Notes under the pieces: generated by a model
Databases searched by the model: none
What the model saw: only the letters and a program-made list of their open reading frames with translations
Told to the model about the DNA's origin: nothing
Shown: piece by piece, positions 1 through 12,448 of the stretch
How positions within the stretch are numbered: position 1 is the stretch's first letter
Layout: every line of letters begins with the position of its first letter
NCBI GenBank assembly: GCA_043228905.1
Contig: JBHGNT010000002.1
Location: forward strand, 19,716,001-19,780,000
DNA: 64,000 nucleotides
Source of the DNA: Azolla caroliniana
Taxonomy: Eukaryota; Plantae; Polypodiophyta
Direction: 5' to 3'
Program-made: the position numbers and the translations under genes

Positions 1-447
1 TTTTAGAATTGCCATTTTTTATAATTTGACGTATTCTACATATTCTAAAAATTTGACATATTCTATGTATTTAACAAGTATTTATCATCTCAAAAATCAA
101 ATAAAGTTTTTTTAAAGAAAACTTTAAATTTTAAGAAGTATTTAACGTATTTTATCTATAAAATATGTATTCTAAGTATTTTTATAAAAAAACTTAGAAT
201 ACTTTGAATAAGTATTCTACACGCATTTTATGCGAAGTATTTTACAACAATGGCGGAGGGGCTAGGGTGAATCTTTATATTTGATAATGCCCAGGGGTTA
301 GCCATCCTCCATAGTACCAGGTGGGGTTGGATATGTTGGCCTCAAGGTTGGTCTACATTGAGGCCACCTAAGTTGGTCGTGTGAACTTCAATTTGAAGAG
401 ACTAGGCCAAGTAGAATTGGACATGCTCCTATGTCAAAAAATATAGG

Positions 448-780
448 GTCGTCGACCTTTGGGCTTTATTTATTATTTATTAATTTTTTGTTTTTGAAAT
501 TTCCACTTGTTGACCTTTGGATTTATTTTTATTTTGGAAAATTTCACTCGTCAAGTATTCACTCATCAACCTTTGGATTATTATTATTATTATTATCTTT
601 TTTTAAAATTTCCATTTGTCGACCTTTGGATTTTAAAACAAAATTTCAACTCGTCGAGTATTCACTTGTTAACCTTTGTTTTTTAGTTTTTTTTGAAATT
701 TCCACTCGTCAAGTAATCACTGGTAGACCGTTGGGATTATTATTATTTAAAATTTCCAGTCGTTGACCTTTGGATTATTT
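448..780. repeat. Degenerate tandem array of GTCGACCTTTGG / TTCCACTCGTC motifs, possibly a TE subterminal region
   Basis: About 7 imperfect copies of (tcg/ttg)acctttgg interspersed with aaatttcc(a)ctcgtc in AT-rich sequence. Confidence 0.45.
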
Positions 781-1086
781 ATTTATTTATTTTTCAAACA
801 GACAGATTTTGCGCCAACAAACAAATTCTACAACGGCTAAATCTCACAAGTAATTATTGATAACCAAATGATTTGTGTGCAATTGTCCGTGAGATTAAAA
901 GATGATTAGATTAGAAAAATAAAAAACAGAAAATTGAGGTGAAAAAAAAGGTTTTTAATTTAATTAAAAAAAAGCTTCTTTTTTCTTAATCTCTTCCTTG
1001 TTAAGTGGTTTGCGTACGAGCTTACACAAAGCTCGTTGTTTGCTTCAAGCATCGGTCTTGTCCTCGATAACGACACCAAATAGACG

Positions 1087-1822
1087 TGTAGCATCTATGG
1101 GCCTCACGGAATACACCTCTATAGATCGATGAAGTTGTACCTTCCGTCAATGTTGTTTGCTTGGATCCAGACTGACGTTGTCGCGGAAATCCATGGGTAC
1201 GTGTTGGATTGGGGCAGGACCACCGTGGTCATGGACCGGAGAGAGACGGATCCGGAAGGACCGAGCTTCGCTGGTGCCGGTTACACTGGCTGTGACACCG
1301 AGTGGAGAGTTTTTGGATACGTACCGAAGGCAATGAAATGAGAAAGAGAGAGATGCGCGTGAACACGCATGCATGCTTGCACGAGCGCGAGCGTGCACGC
1401 ACGCACACACACACACACAGTATACGGGAAATCGGAAAAGAAGGAAACCCAACCGACACCGATAGAGATAGATATATACAACTCTTTGTATATATTTATG
1501 TATAGAATACAACCTCGGCTTTTAGCCGGAGCAAGCCGACCAGAATACAAACGACCTTTTGCTGGCAAATCTCCAGTCGGGGTGTGAGCTCTAGCCGAAC
1601 AAAAACCTAACAAAAATGGAACCCCCAAAACCCTAATAAACAAACAATAAGCTTAACAACAGAGAGAACTATCGGAGAAAGCTAAAAACGGGGGAGCCCT
1701 TTACAAGAGATCCTCCCCTCCTTTTATAGTCTAAGGAGGGAGGGACATTACAATGTGGGAGGCAAAAATATTTCCCTCCTTTTTAGAGGAGGATTGTTGC
1801 CTCGATTCTAGGGAGTGTTACA
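1087..1822 (-). mobile_element. Probable solo LTR (gypsy-like)
   Basis: Inverted termini TGTAGCA (1087) and TGTTACA (1822); the minus strand starts TGTAACACTCCC; reverse TATA near 1722; no matching TSD. Confidence 0.45.
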
Positions 1823-2290
1823 TTAACTCTCTTCTAACTCCACCCCACTACCTACTACCTAACGTTTGATGTACATTAAGTACTCATCACACGTACCTCT
1901 CGCTAGCTCCTTAGTGAACTTCAACACCTTATAGTTCCGTTTCCTTTCTTGCAAATATTTACATTTCTCGATGTTGATGTGCAAATGTTGCACATCGCCG
2001 TTTTATTCGCTCCACCCGGTTTTCTCACCGTTGCCGGAAATTCTCATGACAACGTATACCCTCTTGGTGGCGAACTGGGCAAGGGTACTCGTCAAGTACC
2101 CTTGAGCTACTAGCTCACTTAACGATATATGCTATTAGTACTTAATATCTCTCGCTTTCTCTCTTAGACAAAGTGAAGATAAAGAAGAATATGTTTATTA
2201 CACCCTCTTGCTGAGAGGTCTAACATAAAAAAGGAAGAGAGATTAGTGTTTATTAACAATTCGCTATCGCTAATCTCTCTTAAGCTTAAG

Positions 2291-2719
2291 CTTACAAGAA
2301 GGAGTGGAAGCTTAGAGTTCTAATCACTAGGAGATTTCTTAAGAATGAAGAAGAAGCTAAAAAGTCACCACAAGGTGGCTTTTATACCTTTTACATTATA
2401 AGTGTGGTCAGTTCACACTAGGCTGCCATTGGCTTGCATTTTCTCCTCTTGGCTACTTCTACTCCCTTTTTTGCATGTCTTTTAGGTTTGGTATCCTTTG
2501 TTGATGCATCTTACAAGAAGGAGAGGAAGCTTAGAGTCCTAAGATTTCTTAAGAATGAAGAAGAAGCTAAAAAGTCACCACAAGGTGGCTTTTATACCTT
2601 TTATATTATATGCGTGGTCATTTCACATTATGCAGCCATTGGCTTGTCGTTCCCCCTATTGGCTACTTCTACTCCCTTTTTTGTACGTCTTTTAGGTTTG
2701 GTATCCTTTGTTGATGCAT
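2291..2719. repeat. Tandem duplication of ~215 bp (2291-2509 and 2510-2719)
   Basis: Both units run cttacaagaaggag...gcttagag...aagaatgaagaagaagctaaaaagtcacc...gtatcctttgttgatgcat; the second lacks 9 bp. Confidence 0.9.
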
Positions 2720-3440
2720 TCTTCTTCACGACTAGTTTGTGTTGCCTTTCAAATGCTTATTAGGTAAATCAAATTATTGAGGACCCTTGTGAGCCCTTCA
2801 TACCACTTATTGATGGAGATCTTGTGAAGGATCTGTTATTGCAATGCAATTGTGTTGGATCTACCTCTATCGCGGGAATATTCGGCCAGCTCATGTGTGC
2901 AGCCATCGGTTCGGATCGGTCTGTCGACAAGTTACTCAGAGTTTTCTCTACAAGTGCTCTTTTAGTTTTGCTAGTCGATTTGCTAGTTGGTTCGGGATTG
3001 ACTTCTACCAATTTCGACCGGATTGGTCGGAGAATAGTCGAAACTACCTCTCTTTTAGTGTTTTAATCTTATATAGAGTTTATTATTAGTGTTTGATTCC
3101 TATCCCCTGTCCCCTGTCCCCTGTCCCCTCCCCCTATCTCTTCTAATCCTCGCTTACACCAAGTTATGTCTACGATTCGGGTCCGCTCAAATCGTTCTTG
3201 GTGGTTTTGTCTCCCTCTCTATCAGAACCAAGGATAAAAGATAGAGTGATGGAAGAAGGATATTAGAGAACACGAGAAGAAAGGAACGAAATACTAAGAG
3301 AAGAATGGATGTATAAGATAGAGAAAGAAAGAGAATGGATACAAGATATGTAATGAGAGCTAAAGACTGGTGTTGATTCGAATTGATTTGAGAATACATG
3401 TATGCCCTTATTTATAGGTTCCTATAGAATAGCTTAGAGA

Positions 3441-3506
3441 TTTCTAGAATGTTCTAGAATGTTCTAGACCTAGAATGCTCTAGGACATTCTAGAACATTC
3501 TAGAAT
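3441..3506. promoter_or_regulatory. Heat-shock-element arrays in G1 LTR U3 (copy at 8730-8795)
   Basis: tTTCtaGAAtgTTCtaGAAtgTTCt (5 alternating nGAAn units) and aTTCtaGAAcaTTCtaGAAt (4 units) upstream of the LTR TATA. Confidence 0.7.
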
Positions 3507-3646
3507 AATCTAGAGGTTTTACAATAATCAATGTAATACAAGAAGTAGCTTTTATTGTTTCATATAACAATAAGCTATCTTAATGGTTGAGGTTTTCCAG
3601 TATGGATTACAAGGTTCGAGGTTCAAGTTCGGGTGACGCCATATGG

Positions 3647-6600
3647 TCATGTGTTCATGACACTATCCCTCCTTCGAGAACGTTGAGTGGAAGTCGGCGT
3701 TAACATTGTTGGGCCGGGCTTGTTTGGATAGTGATGATGGAAGTCGTTGACCAGAGCTTCAACATTACAAACGTTATCAATGGGTTCCCAAGTGCGATCA
3801 CTCGGAGGATAGCCAAGCCAATCAACTAGATAATAAAGCTTATTGCGCGCAATCTTAGAATCGAGAATAGCATCTACCTCGTATTCGGGGCCGTCCACAA
3901 GTTGTACAGAAGGCGGTGGTGGCACGACACGATTAGGAATTAAAGAGGTGCGGCAAGGTTCCAAAAGAGAGCTATGAAAGACAGGGTGAAGCCGCATATG
4001 TGCAGGAAGGTTAAGACGAAATGTTGCATCATTAATCTGCACCGTGATGACAAAAGGACCTAAGCGTTGATAGTCAAGCTTAGCACACGATCGAGTAGTC
4101 TTGATGTGACGACGAAGCAACCATACACGGTCACCAACCTTAAACGGAGACTTAAGACGATGTCGATCGACATTGGTCTTATGGTGTGCTTGCGCTTTCT
4201 GAAGATGTGACGATAACTCGAACTGGATTTGTTGTAGTCGGTGGAGGTGATGCGCCGCACTAGGGTTTCGTGACACCTCGGGAAGATCCAGTATACACCA
4301 TCGAGGGTTGTTGCCAGTGTAGGCAAAGAAAGGTGTAACTTTGGTAGAAGAGTGGACCGTGTTGTTGTATGCAAACTCGGCAAGATGTAAAATATTACTC
4401 CAATCATCTTGTTGATAACTAATGAAACATCGAAGATATTGCTGGAGCGTTTGATTTGTGCGCTCTGTTTGTCCGTCAGTTTGTGGATGATAAGCCGAAG
4501 AGAGTTTGCAAGAGATTTTGAGGCCTGTCCATAGGTGCTTCCAAAAGTGTGAGATAAATTGAGGACCTCGATCGCTAATAATATCATTCGGGAGACCATG
4601 ATGGCGAAACACTTCACACATAATGAGATATGTAGTTTCTTCACTATTGATGTTCTTTACACATGGTACAAAATGTGCCATCTTGGTGAACCGATCCACT
4701 ACTGTTAAAATAGTATCAAAGCCTTTGGAAGGTGGCAGATCCGTAATGAAATCCATAGAAATAGACTGCCATGGCTTGTTGGGAGGGGGTAATGGTTGTA
4801 GTAAGCCATAAGGGTGATGCCGAGGTATTTTGGCGCGACAGCAAGTGTCACAAGTGCGAACATAATCTTCGACAAACTTTTGCCAGTGAGGCCACCAAAA
4901 CGAACATTTCACTAGCTCATCAATGGTCTTGGAAATACCAAAATGTCCAGCCATGGGGGCATCATGACAATGTTCCAACACTTGAAGTCGGGGTGATCCG
5001 TCGGGGACGTAAAGGAGATTCTTGTAGAAGAGTAAGCCATCTTGCCACTTGAAGGCCTGATAATGTTGAGATGACCCTGGCAATGTGGAGCAAGATGGAC
5101 GACTTGAACCACAGTGGGCTAAGACATCCTTAGCGAAATCATCTGAATGAAGTTGTTGCCGAATAGTGTCAAGAAGGGTAGAATCAAGTGGCGTGACATA
5201 AATTGTTGTTACCTGTAGCTTTGATGGCCCGAGGAGAATTTGCTTTTGATTGTCAAAGGCCGGATCTCCAGGTCGAAGTGCTAGATATGAACGTTGAGAC
5301 AAAGCATCTGCTTTCCCTTGTTGTTTTCCGAGGCGAAAAATGATCTTGAAATCGAAACACATTAGAAATTGGGCCCACCGAGCTTGGCGTTTATTTAATA
5401 CTCGAGTTGTTTGAAAATATGTGAGATTTTTGTGATCACTATAAATGATAATATGATGAGGTGATCCTTCTAGAAAATGACGCCATTGCTCAAATGAGTC
5501 GACCATAACTAGTAACTCCTTGTCATGCACCTCATAGTTGATCTCCGAAACAGTAAATTTTCTTGAGTGAAACGCGACTGGATGTGTCTGCCCGTCCTCG
5601 CCTGGTTGCGATAGGATACTCCCCAATGCAAAGTTCGATGCATCTGCCTCAATAGTAAATGGCTTTTTAGGATCAATATGTGCTAGGATGGGTGCTGATG
5701 TGAATGCCTCTTTCAGCTGCGTAAAAGCTTTGTCCGCTTTGATACTCCAAAAAAATGCTTGATTTTTCTTGGTGAGTTGGGTAAGGGGCAACACAATGCT
5801 TGAATAATTATGTATGAATTTGCGATAGAAGTTCGCAAATCCAAGGAAACACTGGACATCCCAAACTGAGCATGGGGGTTTCCATTCCAATATTGTTTGG
5901 ACTTTTGCCGGGTCCATGAAAACACCCTAGGATGAAATAGTGTATCCCAAAAATTCGACTTGTTTGCAATCAAAACTGCATTTCTCAAGTTTGGCATAAA
6001 GACCATACTTCCTTAGGCATTCAAGTACTAGCCGCACATGTATATCATGCTCCCCTTGTGTTTTAGAGTAAATCAATAGATCATCTAGGTAGATGATTAG
6101 AAAAATATCCAAGAAATCCCGGAAGATGTCATTTGCCATATGTTGGAATACTACAGGTGCATTTGTGAGCCCGAAAGGCATGACTGTATACTCGAAATGA
6201 CCATACTGAGTACGAAATGCTATTTTCCACTCATCTCTCGACCGAATTCGAACAAGATTATATGCACCCCTTAGATCAATTTTGGTAAAATGCTTTGACC
6301 CACCAATGCGTTCTAAGAGATTGGAGATTAAAGGTAAAGCATACCTATTCCTTATGGTGACTTTATTTAAGCCTCGATAGTCCACGACCAAACGAAGGGA
6401 TCCGTCCTTTTTCTTCACAAAAAAGATAGGAGCACCAGCTGAAGACTTTGAATGTCGAATAAACCCATGTGCAAGATTTTCCTCGATGTATTCTCGAAGA
6501 ACCTCAAGCTCAGTGGATGATAAATTGTAAATCGGACCCCACGGTGGCTCTTTTCCTGGTTGGAGATCAATAGGATAGTCGTACGACCGATGCTTTGGAA

Positions 6601-7430
6601 GAACACTAGCTTTGACTTTGTCGAAAACATCAACATAGTCTTGATATTTTTTGGGAATTTGGATGTTTGAATTCCCTTGAGTGACACTTGAAGGTGTCAC
6701 TGATACTGCAAATAAAAAAAGCTCCTCCTTGCCTCCCACTTGGCACAATTGTTGCAATGTGATGGTTAAAATTTGATGAGAAGGATATGGTGCATCGGTA
6801 GAACTATATACTTTAGGAGGATAATCCCGAGTTCGATCCTTGACAATGATATTTTCTACTAAAGGGCACCTAATTTCTCGCTTCCTCCAATCGATTCTAG
6901 GGTTATGTAACTCGAACCATGGCAAATCGAGGACAATTGGATGCTCAGGACTACGGATTATGTTAAAGGAAACTACACATCCTAAATCACCCAAGAGTAT
7001 GTGTATTGGCTCAGACTCTTCAAATATCTTCCCGGAAGCTATGGGGCGTCCATCAATCACTACTACGGAAACTGGACAAGGAAGTGTATGCAAGGATATT
7101 TGGTGTTTTTGGGCAAAATCTCTATCCATGAAACTGTCAAGAGTTCGAATCTTGACACGACCATGTTATAATCTAGTATTATGAGTTAACCAAGATATCT
7201 AGTACTAGATTATAACATGGTTGTGTCAAGAGTTCGAATCTTGACAGAAACAAGAATTGGCTCCAATATCTAAGAGGGCTTGGACTTGAAGTTGACAACT
7301 GGGTGTCCTAACTTGTACTAGGGCTGAGAAGACTCTACTAACATGCTTGGAAGAAATGGAACCCACACTAGGTTGTACATATCTAGGGTTGTCCAACCAA
7401 ATGGCTCCTATTTTGGCCGGACTTATTCGT
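3647..7430 (-). pseudogene. G1 pol polyprotein (PR, RT, RNase H, integrase, chromodomain), disrupted
   Basis: YLDD, IEADAS, HDAPMAGH..CDTC, DFIT/SDRG/DGQTER, GPF and chromodomain YEVDAILD..YLVDWLGY..TWEP; in-frame stop at 5927; protease split by the 112-bp insertion at 7135-7246. Confidence 0.92.
7135..7246. mobile_element. 112-bp fold-back mini-element with TG..CA ends and 5-bp TSD
   Basis: TSD GAAAC at 7130-7134 and 7247-7251; identical 23-bp ends TGTCAAGAGTTCGAATCTTGACA; internal 29-bp inverted arms. Confidence 0.9.
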
Positions 7431-7434
7431 TTGA

Positions 7435-8586
7435 CTACTCTTCTAATTGGCTTAGGACTTCAAATTTATTGGACAAGGGTGGATTATTCATAATATTAGA
7501 TTCACTAACTGCTTCTAAAATGTTGGACTCATTTTTATTGTCATAGTGAATTTGATTTACCTGACGTCTCGGCCTACAGGAGCAATGAATGGCTATATGT
7601 CCTGGACCTCCGCAATATAAGCATAGATGGTTTGCTCGACGACGTTGCTTCTCTTCGTTTGACAACGGTCCTCGTCGTTGAGTCATATCGATCTCCATGG
7701 GTGCAGGATTATCCATTGGGATTGGACTACGTGTTTGCCTTGGAGTTGGAGCAGGGCTATACATTTGCCTTGGGGATGATTGCGCCATTACTGATGCATA
7801 AGTTGGTGTGAATCTTGATCTTGTTATTTTTTGTTGTCACTCACATTGACGCTCAAAAAGGCGATTATCACACCGTATTGCTCGACTAATAGCTTCTGTA
7901 AGTGACCTTGGATCCTCAGGGAAGGTAAGAAGTAAGTCTTTGACATCACTACGAAGGCCTGAACGGAATTGCTCCATTAGGGCTTGTTCATCCCAAGGAA
8001 TATCGCTTGTGATGAGATGGAAATTGGCAGCATATGTCGAATCTGGTTGATCACCTTGACGAAGTGTACGAATCTTGTTGATAGTTGTTCTCGCCCCATC
8101 AATATCTCCGAAACAAGCCTTAAATTCCTTGATAAATTCCTCGAAATTATTCAGTAGAGGAGAATTGGTCTCTAGCAATGGAGCAAAGCACGACAACGTT
8201 ATGCCAGTCAATAAGGTGCCCACTAGCCCGACTCGTGATGCATCTGTTGGATAGCGCTCGGGATGCATTTGAATCACCAACCGTACTTGATTCAAGAAAC
8301 CTCGGAAATGCGCCCTCGACCCATCAAATTTAGCTGGGAGGCTAATTTTGGGCTCGTTGATAAGTCCCTGACCTTCAACCCTTTGTTGTTGTAACACTAC
8401 GATTGTCGATTCTAACTGTTGCACTCGTCGCGTGAACTCCTCTTGTTGTTGTTGCTTCTCTATAGTAACCTTTTGTAGATCCCCAAGTAGACGTTGATTC
8501 TCTACTTCAAGAGATGCGAACTTGGATTTAAGGTTCTCCATTTCTGCAACAAGAGTGAGATATTCTTCTGAGTTAATGGCAGCCAT
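7435..8586 (-). pseudogene. G1 gag (PEG10/retrotransposon gag-like, CCHC knuckle)
   Basis: EPKISLPAKFDG, FRSGLRSDVK and CLYCGGPGHIAIHC; one in-frame TGA at 7837. Confidence 0.9.
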
Positions 8587-9209
8587 GGTTTCAGGATGGT
8601 TACAAAGGAGGATAAGAGAGAGAGAGGATGGTCTCTATCTTTTATCCTTGGTTCTGACAGTTTGATTCAAATTGATTTGAGAATACATGTATGCCCTTAT
8701 TTATAGGTTCCTATAGAATATCTTAGAGATTTCTAGAATGTTCTAGAATGTTCTAGACCTAGAATGCTCTAGGACATTCTAGAACATTCTAGAATAATCT
8801 AGAGGTTTTACAATAATCAATGTAATACAAGAAGTAGCTTTTATTGTTTCATATAACAATAAGCTATCTTAATGGTTGAGGTTTTCCAGTATGGATTACA
8901 AGGTTCGAGGTTCAAGTCCGGGTGACGCCATAATGGTCATGTGTTCATGACACTCTCCTCTCCATAGCCACTCCTTTCCCCTCTCGGCCTATCTACAACC
9001 CACCAATGTTTTCGTCGTTCCGCACTCCGTGTACTGGCCGGAAGGTCAACAAAAACACCTTAAGAGTGATCTAGCGAAGCATAGTGTGAATCTTCAGTTT
9101 TCTTTCTCTTCTCAAGATGAGATCTTAAACTCAGGTTCTTCAAGGGAGATGATGCCTCCTATATATACATGAACCAGTTGGAGTAGGACCTTTTAGTCCA
9201 ACAGTGTAC

Positions 9210-10570
9210 GGGTAAGTGTGCTAAGTTAGCCCCACGGTTTTGTGGACCTTTCATCGTCCTCAAATGCATTGGTTCATTAGCCTATCGTCTCGCTCTTCCT
9301 GATGGTGTTGAAATTCATCAAGTTTTTCATGTAAGTCATCTAAAAGAACTTCTTGGTTTTGATGATAATATAGTTACAACTAAAACTTTGGTTACTTCTG
9401 AAGATTTAGCTTCTAAACCATGTACCGGAGAAAATTCTTGATGTTAAAAAAAAAACATTTGCGTTCTAAAACAATCTAAGAATTTACAATTAAATGGATG
9501 GATAAATCTATAAAAGATTCTACATGGGAATGAGAAAATATCATTAAAACTAACTTCCCTAACTTCTCATTGCAAAAGTACAATGTTTTAAAGAGGGGGA
9601 GTATGTTACGAGCATGACCATAGTTTATCTTGTGGTAAGTTATACACACGAGGATAAAGTATGAGGGTTAATTGAGAGTGTAAAGAATGGAGGATTACTT
9701 TTAATCCTAGGAATTGAGACAACACATAAAGGTCAAGTGTGAATTTGCTTGGGGGCCTTAGGTTTGGCCATAAATATGAGGCCTAGCTACCCTCATTAGA
9801 GACATCATTCGACTATGTCGAGATTGCGATTTTTTTTGGTGAACAGACTCTTGTAGCGAGTCCGCCAATACCAGGTACGACTCGATGCCAAGGTAGTGGT
9901 ATGGGACGCCGATCAAGGCTCGAGTTCATCTTCATCCCTTCATTTGAGGTGTGAGGAATCGTCCTCGGCCACAACCGAGTTCCAAACGCACAATGGAAGA
10001 AACAAAACAGAAAATAGAGATTGATGCACTTACACAGGAATGAGACGACACAGTATGTTAATGTGGAAAACCTTGAGAGGCAAAACCATGGGAGTTCACA
10101 GACTCCGAACAGGATCACTATAGGGGAGAGAAGGTACAATGCAAGACTTAGAGGCAACGACATTGAGCTCAATATCTTCGCCACGAGGCAGATACAACTT
10201 CTTGTATCTCTCTCTCTCATGCTTTGTACAATACTAACAACTAACTACAACCTTCAATAAGTTTTGCCCTAGTTATATTTATAGTTATATAACTTTAGGG
10301 CTATTTACAAGTATGGCCTCAATAGGCGCATCAGAACAAATTTACTAATATATCCCTACTTCTAGTTCACATTGGATCTGGCTGGATACCTTCCGGATCC
10401 ATCCGGTCTAGTTTCTTCCTCTGGCTCATCCAATCCGACTCATCTGGATCCCATCCGGAGGGACCGGTTTCCCAACACGAGGGTGGTCGGGTGGATCGAC
10501 ATCCCGCTTTCTCTCACTTTTCTTAACCATCTATCTTATGCTTACATTATGAATGATCTCTAATAGAACA
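9210..10570 (+). mobile_element. Degraded chromoviral gypsy 3' end (integrase C-terminus, chromodomain, PPT, 3' LTR from 9604)
   Basis: Translates as [39 protein letters not shown] and IKWMD..DSTWE; PPT AAGAGGGGGAG followed by TGTTAC at 9604; putative LTR end GAACA at 10570. Confidence 0.75.
9950..10477 (-). mobile_element. Solo LTR of the Tnt1-like copia family
   Basis: Shares ctcggccacaaccgag, gtggaaaacc and ccatccggagggacc..aaca with the C1 and C3 LTRs; TSD TGAGG/CGAGG. Confidence 0.85.
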
Positions 10571-12448
10571 CTACCTAAGGTATGATGGTGATGGTAAATA
10601 CAAATAATTAAGATATAATTTCAACGAAGGCACATTGTCACAAGAATATGTCAATTATGCATACTTGGTTCAAAATCTATTAACCCTTGCTATGGAATTG
10701 CTACAACAATAAGCATTTGTGTGTATGTGTGTGTGTGTGTGTGTTGGGAGGGGCGTTGTCATGTGGCGCGTAACACATTTGCCAAACGTCGGGATGTGCG
10801 CGTCACAAGCATGGACAAGCACCGGGCCTTTATCCGCTAGTGTTTATGGAGGATTGACGATCGGATTTCCGTGCCTACGGGTCGGTCGAACGGAACCACC
10901 AAGGTCTTTGACCGGGGAGAACGAATCGGGTGAGTTGTGCCTATAAGGAATTGGCCGTTTAGGTTTATTGTCGAGTCGTCCTTTGTTGTCGAAGACGCGC
11001 CCGAACCGGACTCAACGGTGTGGTGGATTGACGTGTAGGCAGCTGAAGTAATGCACTAATGTGGTTGAGAGTGTGTGTGAGAGAGAAACGAAAATTGAGG
11101 AAGTGTTTAAGATAGATAGACGGATTGAAATTCCAATTCTAGGTTTGAACCCTTGACTTTAATTTAGAGAAACAAGACACATCACCAATAAGATAACTAG
11201 GTTTCCTCATTAAGATATCTTGATTTAATCCATAACTTGCTTGATACATAGATTCCTTGATTCATCGATCGATTCCCACTTATATCGATGCCCCCATGCA
11301 TATGTGCATGTGAGGGTGTAAGACATGCATACAATGCATGAAATGCATGCGATGCATGATTGCCATTTGGCGCTCATGCATCACATGTGATGCATGATGA
11401 CCATGCACCTCATCCAAGCTCTCATGTATGAGCATTCATATGTGTAAAACATAATAATAATCTAAAGAAATAACTTAGCCTAATGGTAAGTATGTTGTCT
11501 TCTATCTGGGAGGTGCAAGGTTCAATACTTGCACCCCTTCGAATGCTTGAAAATGCAAAATAGGCTTTAGGTGTTCTCAGAATATTTATATTTACAACAT
11601 ACTAACGTATGAGTGTAACCATCACCCCTTTCATTCGTGTGCACATTACACCTTCTTGATTCCATGATATTTTCACACCATTGCTGAAAATCTTCATGAC
11701 ATCCACCCCCACCAAACCGCACGTCCTCTAGTACGTGCCAAGAAAAGAGTGTGAGATTTCGGCTATGGTGTGAGATTCTTCCATGTCCTCGTTGACCTCA
11801 CTCACATTTGTGGGTTCCGTCTTACTATCTTCATTGTTGAGGTCATCGTGGTCGGGACTCTCAACTTGTCTTTTCTGGAAGTTCTTTTCCTTGTAATGGG
11901 TATGGCCAACCTTGATCCGTCTAGCTCCACATATGATCCGAACCACCTTCTTGCGAACTTTATTGTCGTCCTATGTTGGTTGCCAAAGCTGTTTGTAGAC
12001 CAATACTCAACCTCCTTCTTTGATCCTCTTGGAGTGCAGTTAATGTGTCTTGTCAAACCGAATCTAAAAACCGAGTGCTTCTTCTAATTAGCCAATCTTT
12101 TTCTTTGAGATGGGAGATGGAAATGTTGGCAATACAACCTCCTCTGTTTAGTTGGACATCCCACCATCTTGATGCATCTTTCCCTTCCTTCCCATGGGTA
12201 GTCATCATAATCACTTCTTTCCTTTCTTCTTTATAAGTAATAACCATCCATTTTAACACAACATCATCTTCTTCGATACCAACCTCAATGTTAATTGTAC
12301 TTACATCATCATCATCCTTTGAGTTAAGTATATCTTTAATCACCAAATCATTTATCACGAGATAACCATCATATTCAATATCATCTATCCTAAACCATCC
12401 TTCCCACACACACTCACAACACCAACATTATCATACACATCCCAAACC

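Larger units (their letters stand above)
3220..8952 (-). mobile_element. Ty3/gypsy chromovirus (Tcn1/Tf1-sushi-like) LTR retrotransposon, element G1
   Basis: 3' LTR 3220-3662; rearranged 5' LTR ~8633-8952 (TGTCATGAAC...); PPT GAAGGAGGGATAG before 3662; TSD CTCTC at 3215-3219 and 8953-8957; domain order gag-PR-RT-RH-INT-chromodomain. Confidence 0.95.

Noticed and set aside
1-253. hAT-like element end (GTATTTTACAACAATG) with TATTCTA repeats
   Set aside because: The partner TIR and TSD would lie outside the window and cannot be verified
2078-2114. Helitron 3' hairpin plus CTAG
   Set aside because: Spacing is short, CTAG is not followed by T, and no 5' end was found
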